A DNA stretch of 64,000 bases, from positions 211,103-275,102 of the IMG/VR virus record IMGVR_UViG_3300048438_000153; one strand, written 5' to 3'. The first letter of the stretch is position 1; each line of letters begins with the position of its first letter. Positions 1-9,189 of this stretch are shown here, one piece after another. Below the pieces are notes generated by a model. That model saw only the letters and a list, made by a program, of their open reading frames with translations, had not been told where the DNA came from and ran no database searches. Both the position numbers and the translations under genes were made by a program.

Positions 1-1701
1 CTTAGTGAACATCACACGATCACCTATGCGTACTTCGTCATTCCCTACCCTAACTGAGCGATGACCGAGCGCGTTCGGGTTAAGCACCGCCCTCAGCTCT
101 CGGTTAAGGTTCGTGACGCCTAGCACACCGTGATGTGTAGGACTCATTACATGGAAATCAATACCGTCGAGCTGAAGCTCTCGGCACTTCTCTAAGATAA
201 AGTCGAGAGTGTCGAACTTGGTGTAGCGATCAACCATCTGATACTCACCCTCTTCCGTCGGTATTTCTCCCGCGTGAATCTTATGAGCCGCTTTTACGAC
301 ACCGCTACCCTCACCCTGCCTAAAGATCGTGGCGAGGTGAATTCTAGGGAGCACATTCGCCTCAATAATCTCTTGTAAGACAAAGCCCGCCCCTACAGGT
401 GGAAGCTGTGCTATATCCCCCACCATAATGACCCGACAAGAGCGCGAAATACCTCTTAAGAGTCGCCACATGAGATGGAGGTCAACCATAGAAGCTTCGT
501 CTATGATTACCACGCTCTCACTACGAGGGTTGTGAGGGTTGAACTTCCAATGCTCTTTGTGGCGGTCTGAATCGGCTTTCGCACTCAAGTCTGAAGACTC
601 CTCATCTCGCTTGACACCCTCGTAGTCAGCCTTCTTTTTCTTATCGTCATCAGGCATACCTGCGCCGAAAGCTCTGTGGATAGTCTGAGCTTCTAACCCT
701 GTTAGTGACGACACCCTCTTCGCGGCTATCCCTGTCGGTGCTACGAGGAGGATCTTCTCTTTCTTTTCTATGAGCGCCTTGCAGAGCGTATTAAGTATTG
801 TCGTCTTTCCTGTCCCTGGAAGACCCGTCACAATGCTCACAGGCTCTATCAGACCTTGTTTGACTGCTCTGATCTGCTCATCGGTCAACTCAAAGCGAGA
901 ATACTTCCTGATATCATCATCTGAGATCTCCTGATAAAGATCTTCAGATTGAGTTCTTCTCTCTTCGCTCTGTAGAGAAGAAGCAACATCGTTTTCCATT
1001 CGGTACATCGAGGGTAGGTAGAGCGCGTTCTTTCCCTCGATCTTATCGACCACAAGGTCGCCGTCTTCTCTTAATGCTTTAACGACATTAGCGATCTCTC
1101 GCACATCGGATAAGCCTGTCAAGATAGATGCATCTCTGAACACCGTCCCTGAGTCAAGAAAGCAGTGACCCTGTTGAGAGGCTTGCTTCACCGACCACAG
1201 AATAGAGGCGGATACGCGCTCTTTTCTAGAGGGATCGAAATCTCCTATGAGCCTTCGGGCGATGTTATCAGCGACCTTGAAAGAAAGACCTTTTTGGACG
1301 AGCACCCAAGGGTTCTGAGCGATAATCTTAGGGTTCGCCGAGATTTCTTTCCATAAAGAGTTAAGGACGGCTACATTAGCCCCACTTTCCGCGAGCGTGG
1401 AAAGTATCTCGATACTCTCTTGGGCGTTAGGGTCAGACCAATCTTTCCATTGGGTCAGTGAGCTACCTTTAAGAAACTTAGGGTTGATAGGAGTCCTATC
1501 TATTTCAATGGCGGGACGACCTTGCTTATCGAAGGTTTTCTTGCCCTTGAAAGTGAAGACAGTACCGCGCCCTACAGGGCCAGCTATCTTACCTTTGACA
1601 ACAGCAGAGGTAGTCTCACCCTCGTAAGAAACGAGACACCTCAAAACATAAAAGGGAGGGTTCGCAAACACCTGCCCTAAGACTTTTGCTACGCAGTACA
1701 C
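1..1701 (-). CDS. recD2: RecD2/TraA-like SF1B helicase (runs off the left edge; 3' end missing)
   Basis: Absent from the ORF track because there is no stop in the window. Manual translation from GTG at 1701 gives MYCVAKVLGQVFANPPFYVLRC..., Walker A IVTGLPGTGKTT (~800-835), IDEASMVD (~481-504) and RIGDRVMFTK at the edge. Confidence 0.9.
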   Translation of the reverse strand, partial: MYCVAKVLGQVFANPPFYVLRCLVSYEGETTSAVVKGKIAGPVGRGTVFTFKGKKTFDKQGRPAIEIDRTPINPKFLKGSSLTQWKDWSDPNAQESIEILSTLAESGANVAVLNSLWKEISANPKIIAQNPWVLVQKGLSFKVADNIARRLIGDFDPSRKERVSASILWSVKQASQQGHCFLDSGTVFRDASILTGLSDVREIANVVKALREDGDLVVDKIEGKNALYLPSMYRMENDVASSLQSEERRTQSEDLYQEISDDDIRKYSRFELTDEQIRAVKQGLIEPVSIVTGLPGTGKTTILNTLCKALIEKKEKILLVAPTGIAAKRVSSLTGLEAQTIHRAFGAGMPDDDKKKKADYEGVKRDEESSDLSAKADSDRHKEHWKFNPHNPRSESVVIIDEASMVDLHLMWRLLRGISRSCRVIMVGDIAQLPPVGAGFVLQEIIEANVLPRIHLATIFRQGEGSGVVKAAHKIHAGEIPTEEGEYQMVDRYTKFDTLDFILEKCRELQLDGIDFHVMSPTHHGVLGVTNLNRELRAVLNPNALGHRSVRVGNDEVRIGDRVMFTK

Positions 1702-1740
1702 AGTATACCTTTCTGTGAGAAGGGGGTTTTACCTGTGTTC

Positions 1741-1749
1741 TACATATCA
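1741..1749 (-). promoter_or_regulatory. Putative extended -10 promoter (TGATATGTA) for recD2
   Basis: TGnTAT motif shared with sites upstream of holB, recA and the 43493 operon. Confidence 0.4.
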
Positions 1750-1762
1750 GAATTTACCGAAA

Positions 1763-2881
1763 CTAGTTTCGATATTGAGCTTCCCATTTCTTTATGTCAT
1801 CTAACTCTTCTGGAGTCAGAGGTTCAGATAAGTTCAACTGATTGATTCCCTTTAAGACTTCCTTTTCTATTATAAGGGTACTAATAGTCATCAGTCTAGA
1901 TCTCATACCCTGTAAGTATTTCCTACCGACCCTAACGATCTCTGCTCTAGTCTCTTCTCCTATTTCTGAAGGAAATAGCCCTTCAAACATGGAAGGGTCT
2001 GCGCTATCCAAGTAAGTCCCCACAATGTCTCGCGCGTAACTCTTAGCTTCAGCCTTAACTCTGTCTCTTAACCGACGCGCTTTAATAGAGCCTCTCACGC
2101 TGAAGTCAACGTATTTCGCAGCCTCTTCAACCATCTCAGCAAGTTCACCATCATCCAAGACTGAAAAGGTTCTGCTTCTGATCTCCGCCTCAATATCTGA
2201 AGCTAGAGGATTGGCGCTAAAGAACTTCTTCACCCTAGCTCTTGGATGAAAACCTCTTCTTACGGGAGTCTCTGCGCTCGACCCTGAATCTTGAGCCTTT
2301 TGCCGAGATATTTCTCTCCGCCTCTCATCCCTAGACGTAACCCTCTTAGAAATGTCGGGCATCTTAGATGCTAAGTACTGAGGAAAGTATCTTCGAGCGA
2401 CCATTGGAAGCACATTTTCTTTAAGAAAGGAAGATGCTCTAGAGTAAGCAGACTCGCCCCCATTCACAGCCTCTTCGAGTACTTCACTTGCATCGACGTA
2501 TGGCGCAACAAGGCTTTTAAGTTTATCGTTTGTCGCTAGTTCTTTCATCTCATCGTAGTCGTAGAATGAGTCTAGAGCCCTAGAAATGTCCTGATTGGTA
2601 ATCTGACTCAAAAGGCGAGTGACGAGGCTATTCTTTCTGCGAATCCTCCTCGCGTTACCTCCAATGAAAGCACCTTCACCCTCAGATCTGTACTGATCTA
2701 CGAGGATCTTCTCAGACTTTCTCCATAGAGGTGTTTGAGTCACGAGATTATAGAGGATCGAAGCCATCTCCTCAGCGAGATTATCCTCAGAAAAACCAAT
2801 AGCATCGACTTTCGTGTAGTCGATATTAGAGGCGATATGGATACTCGCGACCCTACGCGCAAAAGCTCTTTTAGAAATCAT
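1763..2881 (-). CDS. Hypothetical protein, possibly virion-internal (RRVAS leader)
   Basis: Long ORF; GGAG RBS before ATG 2881; TA-N5-TTTAT motif upstream. Confidence 0.75.
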   Translation of the reverse strand: MISKRAFARRVASIHIASNIDYTKVDAIGFSEDNLAEEMASILYNLVTQTPLWRKSEKILVDQYRSEGEGAFIGGNARRIRRKNSLVTRLLSQITNQDISRALDSFYDYDEMKELATNDKLKSLVAPYVDASEVLEEAVNGGESAYSRASSFLKENVLPMVARRYFPQYLASKMPDISKRVTSRDERRREISRQKAQDSGSSAETPVRRGFHPRARVKKFFSANPLASDIEAEIRSRTFSVLDDGELAEMVEEAAKYVDFSVRGSIKARRLRDRVKAEAKSYARDIVGTYLDSADPSMFEGLFPSEIGEETRAEIVRVGRKYLQGMRSRLMTISTLIIEKEVLKGINQLNLSEPLTPEELDDIKKWEAQYRN

Positions 2882-2929
2882 TGTGATCACTCCCTAAGTG
2901 TTATTTCTTCAACTACCTGAGAGAGCGAG

Positions 2930-2941
2930 ATAAAGACTCTA
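2930..2941 (-). promoter_or_regulatory. Putative late promoter TA-N5-TTTAT (TAGAGTCTTTAT)
   Basis: One of 8 exact copies at a conserved distance upstream of start codons. Confidence 0.6.
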
Positions 2942-3919
2942 TTAAGAAACCCCTATGACCGACCAATCAAAGTCCCCAACCATCCCATTCGCCGAATAAT
3001 CTGTGACAGTACCCTCAAAGAAATTCTTCATGGAGTCTCCTGAGATGATCCAATCGAGCCAAGAAAGAGGGTTTTCTTTCTGCTTAAAGATCGGCTTCAA
3101 ACCAAGCTGAAGCAGTCTACGATCTGCCAAGTACCTGACGTATGTCTTAATGTCCTGAGAGGTCAGCTCATTAATCGTGTCGTTTGATCCGTAGACGAGA
3201 TCGACAAGCGCGTCCTCAAGCCCTACCGCTTTCGTGTAGTTCGTGTAGATGTAACTCTTGAGCTCATCTGTCACTACTTGAGGGTTCTCAGTGCAGTATG
3301 TGTGAAAGAGCTTAGTCATACCCTCAACGTGTGTCGTCTCGTCACGGATAGACCATTCAACTACCTCACACATACCCTTCATCTTTCCGAATCTCTGAAA
3401 GTTGAGGAGCATCACGAAAGCAGAAAAGAGACTCATGCCCTCGTTACACACCGAGCGCGCCATCTCGAACGCCATGTGAGCTTCATCTGAAAGACCTTTT
3501 GGAGCTTCCATCATGAACTCGATCTTCTCTCTCATAGCATCAAACTCTAAGAAAGCTGAGTATTCTTTCTCTGCAAACCCGAGAGTGTCATTCAAGAGCG
3601 CATACGCCCTTTGATGAGTACCCTCGCGGTTGGCGAAAGAAAGAAGCATATTCCTCACTTCGTTATTCTTGAAGAAAGGAATAAAGACCTCACAGTAGTT
3701 ACCACCAACTGCGACATCACTTTGAGTGAAGATTCTCAAAATCTGAGTAATGTGTTCTTTCTCAGACTTTGAGATTTCACTGCCCTTCCACTGAGAGACA
3801 TCCTCTTGGAGCTTGGCTTCCCAAGTACCCCAATGGATCTTCTCATGGTCTTCCGCAAAGGTCATCGCCCATGCGTACTGAAAGGGCTTATAAGTCTTAC
3901 TGAACTCTGTAAGAGACAT
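2942..3919 (-). CDS. nrdB: Ribonucleotide reductase class Ia beta subunit
   Basis: YKPFQYAWA, FTQSDVAV, REGTHQRAY (radical Tyr), EGMSLFSAF, WSIRDETTH, NFFE..VTDY. Confidence 0.97.
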   Translation of the reverse strand: MSLTEFSKTYKPFQYAWAMTFAEDHEKIHWGTWEAKLQEDVSQWKGSEISKSEKEHITQILRIFTQSDVAVGGNYCEVFIPFFKNNEVRNMLLSFANREGTHQRAYALLNDTLGFAEKEYSAFLEFDAMREKIEFMMEAPKGLSDEAHMAFEMARSVCNEGMSLFSAFVMLLNFQRFGKMKGMCEVVEWSIRDETTHVEGMTKLFHTYCTENPQVVTDELKSYIYTNYTKAVGLEDALVDLVYGSNDTINELTSQDIKTYVRYLADRRLLQLGLKPIFKQKENPLSWLDWIISGDSMKNFFEGTVTDYSANGMVGDFDWSVIGVS

Positions 3920-3971
3920 ATTTTATGTCCTCCTGTGTTGAAAGGGATAGCATAGTACCCTCTCGGAGAAC

Positions 3972-3983
3972 ATAAAAGAGCTA
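3972..3983 (-). promoter_or_regulatory. Putative late promoter TA-N5-TTTAT (TAGCTCTTTTAT)
   Basis: 53 nt upstream of the nrdB start. Confidence 0.5.
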
Positions 3984-4004
3984 GTACCTGTTAAAGTACC
4001 GATC

Positions 4005-4838
4005 TTAGAGGTAATCCCTCCGATACCTACGCCTAGCGAGCTTAACTTCCTTGTACGGAGGCTTCCACTCAATCTCACCCTCTTCCATCAGCTTTTGAGC
4101 TCTCGGCACTTCATCAGGGTTAATGACAGGCATATCAACTCGGGCGGGCGCCCAGCCTGGTACTTGCTTGTTCATCGCGCGAACATTTGCACCCATCTGC
4201 TTGATGCCTTCGTTGACAGAACCGAAGCTCTTAATGAGAATGTCCTGAACCTTCTTTGGTGAGGTGAACTCGTTACCGTTGATAGCGAGGTTCTTGATCT
4301 CGTTCATCACATTCTGATCTGTGTAACGAGTGATGTCGCCCTTACCGGGATTCCCATTTCTCGTTGGGAAAAGACCCTTTGTGATGATGTTGAGAACCTT
4401 AAGAAGTGTCTTGCCCTCAAGGTCTGCGACATAACCCCCCACCTTGACATTAGGTCCGAAAGCGATGATGGCTGCTGACCATCTGTGGTGTCCGTCCATA
4501 ATCTGACCGTCATTAGAAATGATCGCACCAAGATCAGTAGTAAGCTTTCCATCAAGCATAGCGAGAGCCATACCCACAGACTTACCGAGAACCATTGTGG
4601 TCTGAGAAGGTTTGAGGTTGCTCGCTTGAGCCTTCGTCTTTCTCACAGAAATCTTATCGCTCTTGTTATCGCCTGAATCAACCAAGTGCTTAGCGAGATC
4701 GGCATCTACGTTTGAAAGACGACCAGCGTTCTGAATCTCTCTATACACCTCTTCAGGCGCTAAGACACGAGCGGTGCGCTCCATACGAGCGACTCTTATT
4801 TCTAAATCTCTAAGGACTTCTGATGCGGTTCTTCTCAT
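4005..4838 (-). CDS. ParB/Srx-like domain protein with an RRTAS...RVAR leader
   Basis: LKPSQ and IISNDGQIMDGHHRWSA match the ParB-N/sulfiredoxin-like motif. Confidence 0.7.
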   Translation of the reverse strand: MRRTASEVLRDLEIRVARMERTARVLAPEEVYREIQNAGRLSNVDADLAKHLVDSGDNKSDKISVRKTKAQASNLKPSQTTMVLGKSVGMALAMLDGKLTTDLGAIISNDGQIMDGHHRWSAAIIAFGPNVKVGGYVADLEGKTLLKVLNIITKGLFPTRNGNPGKGDITRYTDQNVMNEIKNLAINGNEFTSPKKVQDILIKSFGSVNEGIKQMGANVRAMNKQVPGWAPARVDMPVINPDEVPRAQKLMEEGEIEWKPPYKEVKLARRRYRRDYL

Positions 4839-4887
4839 TTTTTTCTCCTTACCATAGGTGTATCGAGAAGTTGGTTTACTGCCTACG

Positions 4888-4899
4888 ATAAAGAGATTA
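4888..4899 (-). promoter_or_regulatory. Putative late promoter TA-N5-TTTAT (TAATCTCTTTAT)
   Basis: 50 nt upstream of the start at 4838. Confidence 0.6.
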
Positions 4900-4907
4900 A
4901 GAAACTA

Positions 4908-6632
4908 TCAGCCCTGACAACTCATACACTCATCTATTTGAAAGTCTTTGAGTGCCTTTCGCTCTACCTTTTCAGAGACTTTCTCTCCTGTAACACCCGC
5001 ATTTGTCCTCAAATAATAAAGACCCTTGAGCTTCTTCTTATAAGCTGAGAGATGAACCGCGTTGACATAGTTCGCGTCGCTACCCGAAGGGAAAAAGAGG
5101 TTCACACTCTGCCCCTGACAGACCCACTCTTGCCTGACGCCCGCGTGTTCCACTACCCACATCTGATCAAGTTCAAACGCCGTCTTGAACACCTCTTTCT
5201 CAAGATCAGAAAAGTAGTCTAGATGCTGTACGCTCCCCTGATTCAGAATCACGTCAGAAATCTGCTCGTCTACCCAACTATCAGACTCGCCCTTCTCTTC
5301 TTTCTTCTTCTGAATTAGGTTCAGTAGATGTTCGTTCACCTGTAAGAAAGAACCTGCGCGCGTTCTGTAGGTGAAGGCATTAGACTTCCAAGGCTCAATG
5401 CTAGGAGACGTATTCAGAATGATCGCCGAGTTCGCATTCGGAGCAATCGCGAGGAGATGGCTGTTTCTTACTCCGCTACCCTCACCGTCCAAGTACTCCC
5501 CTCTCTTCTCTGCGAGGGATCTCGTGGCGCTCAGAGCTTTCTCTTTGATGGTAGAGTAGATCTTCCTATTAGCAGACACCGCGAAGACCGACTCGAAAGG
5601 AACTCCTTTACTCTGAAGATACGAGTGAAAGCCCATCGTCCCTAAGCCGAGCGATCTCTCTTTCTTGGCGGAGCTGATGGCTCTAGAAAGAGACTCAGGC
5701 GCGTTCTCTATGAAATACTCTAAGACATCATCAAGGAACTCAATCAAGTCCTCTACAATCGTGGTTTCTTTCCAAGCGTCGAAGTGCTCCACATTAAGAC
5801 TAGAAAGACAACAAACCGCTGACCTGTTCTCTCCTGTTGGGAGATGAATTTCGTTACAAAGGTTAGATCCGTTAATCTTCAAGCCTTTCTCTTTGAGGGG
5901 CTCGGGGAGGTGGCGGTTAGCCTCGTCGATGAAGTTAAGATAAGGCTCACCTGTCTTGAAGCGCACCTTCAATATTCTCTGCCATAGGTCGCGAGCGTCG
6001 AAAGTGTCTCTCACTGACCCATCTGAAGGATCAAGCAAGTCCCAAGAGTCACCCTTAAGAACTGCCTCCATAAAGTCATCTGTGATATTGAGCGCGTTGT
6101 TGAGGTTGAAGCACTTTCTGTTAGTGTCTCCACCTGTAGGAAGTCTCATGTTAAGAAACTCAATCACGTCAGGGTGAGAGATGTTGAGGTAGGCTGCGTA
6201 GCTTCCCTTTCTAGTTGACCCTTGTCGATACGCAACCATATCCGCGTCAACGGTCTTAAGAAAAGGGATAGGTCCAGGTGACTTGTCTGAGACTGAGCGC
6301 ACACTCGACCAATGCCCTCCAACACCACCTCCCATCACGCTCATCATTCTGAGCTCTTCTGTATGAGAAATGAGTCCCTTAACTGAGTCAGGAACAAAAG
6401 TGAGGAAGCAACTGATCGGCATACCTTTCCCCCCCGCGTTGGAGAGGATCGGTGAGCTGAACATGAACCACCCTTTGCAAGCGTACTCATAGATTCTTTC
6501 TGCGAGCCCTTCATCTCTCGCGTAAAAATGCGAGGCTCTCTTAAAAGCCTCTTGTGGATTCTCCTCACCTTCTTTCATGTAGTATTTCTTCAGTAGGGAC
6601 TTGGCGTGTGTTGAAAACTCGAAACCTGTCAT
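4908..6632 (-). CDS. nrdA: Ribonucleotide reductase class Ia alpha subunit (no ATP cone)
   Basis: FSSPILSN, PISCFL, GSNLCNEI, VCCLSSLN, AIAPNANS, LKGLYYLR, C-terminal CMSCQG. Confidence 0.97.
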   Translation of the reverse strand: MTGFEFSTHAKSLLKKYYMKEGEENPQEAFKRASHFYARDEGLAERIYEYACKGWFMFSSPILSNAGGKGMPISCFLTFVPDSVKGLISHTEELRMMSVMGGGVGGHWSSVRSVSDKSPGPIPFLKTVDADMVAYRQGSTRKGSYAAYLNISHPDVIEFLNMRLPTGGDTNRKCFNLNNALNITDDFMEAVLKGDSWDLLDPSDGSVRDTFDARDLWQRILKVRFKTGEPYLNFIDEANRHLPEPLKEKGLKINGSNLCNEIHLPTGENRSAVCCLSSLNVEHFDAWKETTIVEDLIEFLDDVLEYFIENAPESLSRAISSAKKERSLGLGTMGFHSYLQSKGVPFESVFAVSANRKIYSTIKEKALSATRSLAEKRGEYLDGEGSGVRNSHLLAIAPNANSAIILNTSPSIEPWKSNAFTYRTRAGSFLQVNEHLLNLIQKKKEEKGESDSWVDEQISDVILNQGSVQHLDYFSDLEKEVFKTAFELDQMWVVEHAGVRQEWVCQGQSVNLFFPSGSDANYVNAVHLSAYKKKLKGLYYLRTNAGVTGEKVSEKVERKALKDFQIDECMSCQG

Positions 6633-6660
6633 CCGTCTCTCTCCATTAAGACTCTAAGTT

Positions 6661-6714
6661 AAAAAGCGACCCTAACCTCCTCCCTCGCAGTTGAGGGGGG
6701 AGAGGGTCAGGGTC
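6661..6714 (-). terminator. Intrinsic terminator-like hairpin between holA and nrdA
   Basis: Minus strand GACCCTGAC-CCTCTCCC...GGGAGGAG-GTTAGGGTC followed by GCTTTTT. Confidence 0.6.
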
Positions 6715-6747
6715 TAGCTCGACAAAATAGGTCTAAGTGGAGCGGTA

Positions 6748-7683
6748 TTAAGAAACCATAAGACGGAGCAACCCCGTTTTGAACGCCGAAAACGGCGACA
6801 CAACTCCGCTAATTGCAAGGTTTTCGCAATGATAGAGGACACCTAAGATTTCTCTCAATTTTTTTGTAGTGAACCTACGCGCTCTAGGAACGAGCACATC
6901 ACCCACAAGCCAACTTTGAACGCCTATTTCTTCAGAGATACCTTGCACAGAAGTGACCCCTCTGTCGATACAAAGTCTTACCGATAAGAGCTGAACTATA
7001 TTCTTGTGAAGTAGACCCGCGACCAATCCCATCGTCGGGTCTTTGTCTCTGTTCTTCTCAAAGCGAGCGCAAGTTTTAAGAAAGTTAGTCGGATTCCATG
7101 AGATCACCGCATCAGTCAGAAGCACTCCATCCATTTCTTTCAAGGGCGCAATCACCGACAAGACCTCTATGGGAGTGACCTCACTCCCCTCAGCGACGTA
7201 GCCGATCTTCAGAGCCTCGTAGGTTAAGACTCCAACATCTTGACCTACTCGCTGAACCACACTCTCACAGATAGACAGACTGATCTGCTTCCCCTGATCC
7301 GCCACCATCTTCTGAAAGAACTTCGCATACCACTCCGCGAGCTTCTTCTTACTCTTAGGTATCTCGTAACAGTCTTTCTTTTTGACTCCCATGAGTGCTT
7401 TCGGCACTACGCGGTCTGCTAAATAGAGAACACCGAAGCCCTCTTTCTGAGGGATGTGTGCGAGGTTCTTTAACCCTGTCGGGTTCGAGATCACGATGAG
7501 CTTATCCACCACGTCAAAGAGTCCCAAATCAAAGGCTTCCTCGATCTCACTCTTAGAGGATTTCTTTCCATCTAGGTAGATCACCTCCCATCCGAGCGCA
7601 TAAGCATCGTTGATGATTTCTCTTGAAGCATGAAAGGCGAGGTCTTTGAACGTACCGTAGATGACTCTGTGTTCTTTCTTCAT
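6748..7683 (-). CDS. holA: DNA polymerase III delta subunit-like (clamp loader)
   Basis: LGLFDVVDKLIVI and VQRVGQDVGVLTYEALKI (delta-like); ~310 aa; adjacent to a delta'-like gene. Confidence 0.75.
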   Translation of the reverse strand: MKKEHRVIYGTFKDLAFHASREIINDAYALGWEVIYLDGKKSSKSEIEEAFDLGLFDVVDKLIVISNPTGLKNLAHIPQKEGFGVLYLADRVVPKALMGVKKKDCYEIPKSKKKLAEWYAKFFQKMVADQGKQISLSICESVVQRVGQDVGVLTYEALKIGYVAEGSEVTPIEVLSVIAPLKEMDGVLLTDAVISWNPTNFLKTCARFEKNRDKDPTMGLVAGLLHKNIVQLLSVRLCIDRGVTSVQGISEEIGVQSWLVGDVLVPRARRFTTKKLREILGVLYHCENLAISGVVSPFSAFKTGLLRLMVS

Positions 7684-8264
7684 TTGTGGACTCCTAGAAA
7701 GTATCCACTGAGGGCGGAGTGAGAAACCCTCTTCCTCGCTAAGAGTGACCTCAGCTCGTCTGTATACAAGTCGGTGTCCTCCTCTTTGATAAGGACTTCA
7801 AGATAGGCTTCCATAAATGCCCTCTCAGATCCCTTCTCCACCTTCGCAAGTACCTTGAGTCCTCTTAAGAGGTTATCTTCGCTCAGAGCGCCATACAGAG
7901 CCTCTGCGTCTTCATAGAGATCATGCTCCTGTCGGGGCGCGTAATGAAACTTCTCTCCACAGCGAGATCGGATAGTATTAGGAACGCCACCTAAGTCATT
8001 CGCCCATAGGAAAAGGGTTGGGCTGTTGGGCGTAGGCTCTTCGATGCGCTTAAGAAGAATATCAAGGGCTGACGGATCAGCCTCATCGAGTGGACCTGCT
8101 ACTAGACAGGGATTCTTATGGGGGTAAACCTGAGTGAAGAGGCTCATCAATAGCCTCACTCCGTCTACCTTCAGATTTGTGATCGGCTCATGAACAAGCT
8201 CATAGCCCTCTAGCTCTTCAGCGAGGCCGTTCTTAACGCCCCTTCCATGATGAATGAAAATCAT
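7680..8264 (-). CDS. holB: DNA polymerase III delta' subunit-like (short)
   Basis: ALDILLKRIEEP and PNTIRSRC motifs; likely start ATG 8264 after a GAGGAG RBS. Confidence 0.75.
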   Translation of the reverse strand: MIFIHHGRGVKNGLAEELEGYELVHEPITNLKVDGVRLLMSLFTQVYPHKNPCLVAGPLDEADPSALDILLKRIEEPTPNSPTLFLWANDLGGVPNTIRSRCGEKFHYAPRQEHDLYEDAEALYGALSEDNLLRGLKVLAKVEKGSERAFMEAYLEVLIKEEDTDLYTDELRSLLARKRVSHSALSGYFLGVHK

Positions 8265-8289
8265 GCTGTCTCCTCTCTTGTGACCCTTA

Positions 8290-8298
8290 CCTATATCA
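8290..8298 (-). promoter_or_regulatory. Putative extended -10 promoter (TGATATAGG) for holB-holA
   Basis: TGnTAT motif about 26 nt upstream of ATG 8264. Confidence 0.45.
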
Positions 8299-8384
8299 GA
8301 ACACCCATCAAGGTAAGAGATATCCATACAGGAGGTTATCTTAAGTTTCTGCTTGAACCTCGTCTCTGCCTCCGATATACAGGT

Positions 8385-8800
8385 TCACGATCTGACTCAA
8401 CAACGGTTTGAGTCTCATGGGCTCTTCCCTCCGACTAGCGAAACTGAGGATAATCTTATCCCGACTAAAAGGAGGCAACCCTACTGAGCTTGAGAAAGCT
8501 CTTAGGGCAGAAACCCTCATGTGACGTAAGTCACTCGGTTGAAAAGCGTACCGATGGATCTCAATCAGTAACGAGACTCGGCAACTACTCTCTCAGAGTA
8601 AGTACCCTGTAGGTTGGTCAACTCCGTTGATAGAACCTGATAAACAGTCTGCTCTTTCTCACTCCCTTGATAGTCTCTTGTGAGCCTCTAGGTTTATTCT
8701 TTCCCTTACCTAGTAGGTTGTCTCAGATAGAAACTATCTTAGTATCTCTCTTTAGTAGAGATAGGAAGTATAGTTACTCTTCTAAGAAGAATATGAATTA
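8385..8800 (+). ncRNA. Putative structured non-coding RNA, family unknown
   Basis: No ORF >=60 aa; a run of hairpins, including GAGA and GTAA GNRA tetraloops; G-U pairs favour the + strand. Confidence 0.5.
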
Positions 8801-8839
8801 GAAGTAAGTAACTAGAGAAGACTTAGTAAGTCCTCCTAA

Positions 8840-9045
8840 AAACCAAAAGAAAAACTACTCGTACTACTACAAGTACTCTTACTAATCCTCAACCAACTAC
8901 ACCTACAACTAATAGTCCTACTACTACAACAACACATACAGCTCATACTACAACAACTACTAGTCTTACTACATCTACAAGTAATACTACTCCAACTAGT
9001 ACAGCTACACATACATGAACAGATACTATAGATGAACATACACTA
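8840..9045. repeat. G-poor low-complexity CTA/CAA/ACA trinucleotide tract (candidate origin or unwinding element)
   Basis: ctactactacaacaac-type sequence; the Thr-rich + frame has no start codon and an internal TGA. Confidence 0.6.
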
Positions 9046-9189
9046 AAAAAAGAAAGAAGTAGGTTAAGAAAGAACCTACTTATAGAAACTACTTTAGAAA
9101 AAAAAGACTATAGATAAGAAAGTACCTATATAGGTGACTTATAGGCTCCTACCTAGTGGAAGCATGAAAGAACACTAGGGATAAGAATC

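Noticed and set aside
4908-6632. Intein or intron in nrdA (also checked nrdB, recA, dnaX and the helicases)
   Set aside because: Lengths are normal or motifs contiguous, and no C...HN-C/S/T splice junctions were seen.
8438-8470. Hammerhead ribozyme (CUGAGGA and GAAA present)
   Set aside because: GAAA directly precedes CUGANGA and no GAAA follows the next stem, so the topology does not fit.
8560-8680. Group I intron core (GAGACU / AGUCU P7-like pairing)
   Set aside because: No convincing P/Q elements and no interrupted host gene on either side; kept only as part of the unknown ncRNA candidate.
8836-9039. 67-aa Cys/Ser-rich minus-strand ORF
   Set aside because: A by-product of the low-complexity tract; no RBS and no plausible fold.
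8341-9120. Stop-codon recoding (TGA read-through would extend ORFs here)
   Set aside because: Conserved genes such as nrdA, recA and sbcD end properly at TGA, and others end at TAG/TAA, so the standard code fits.
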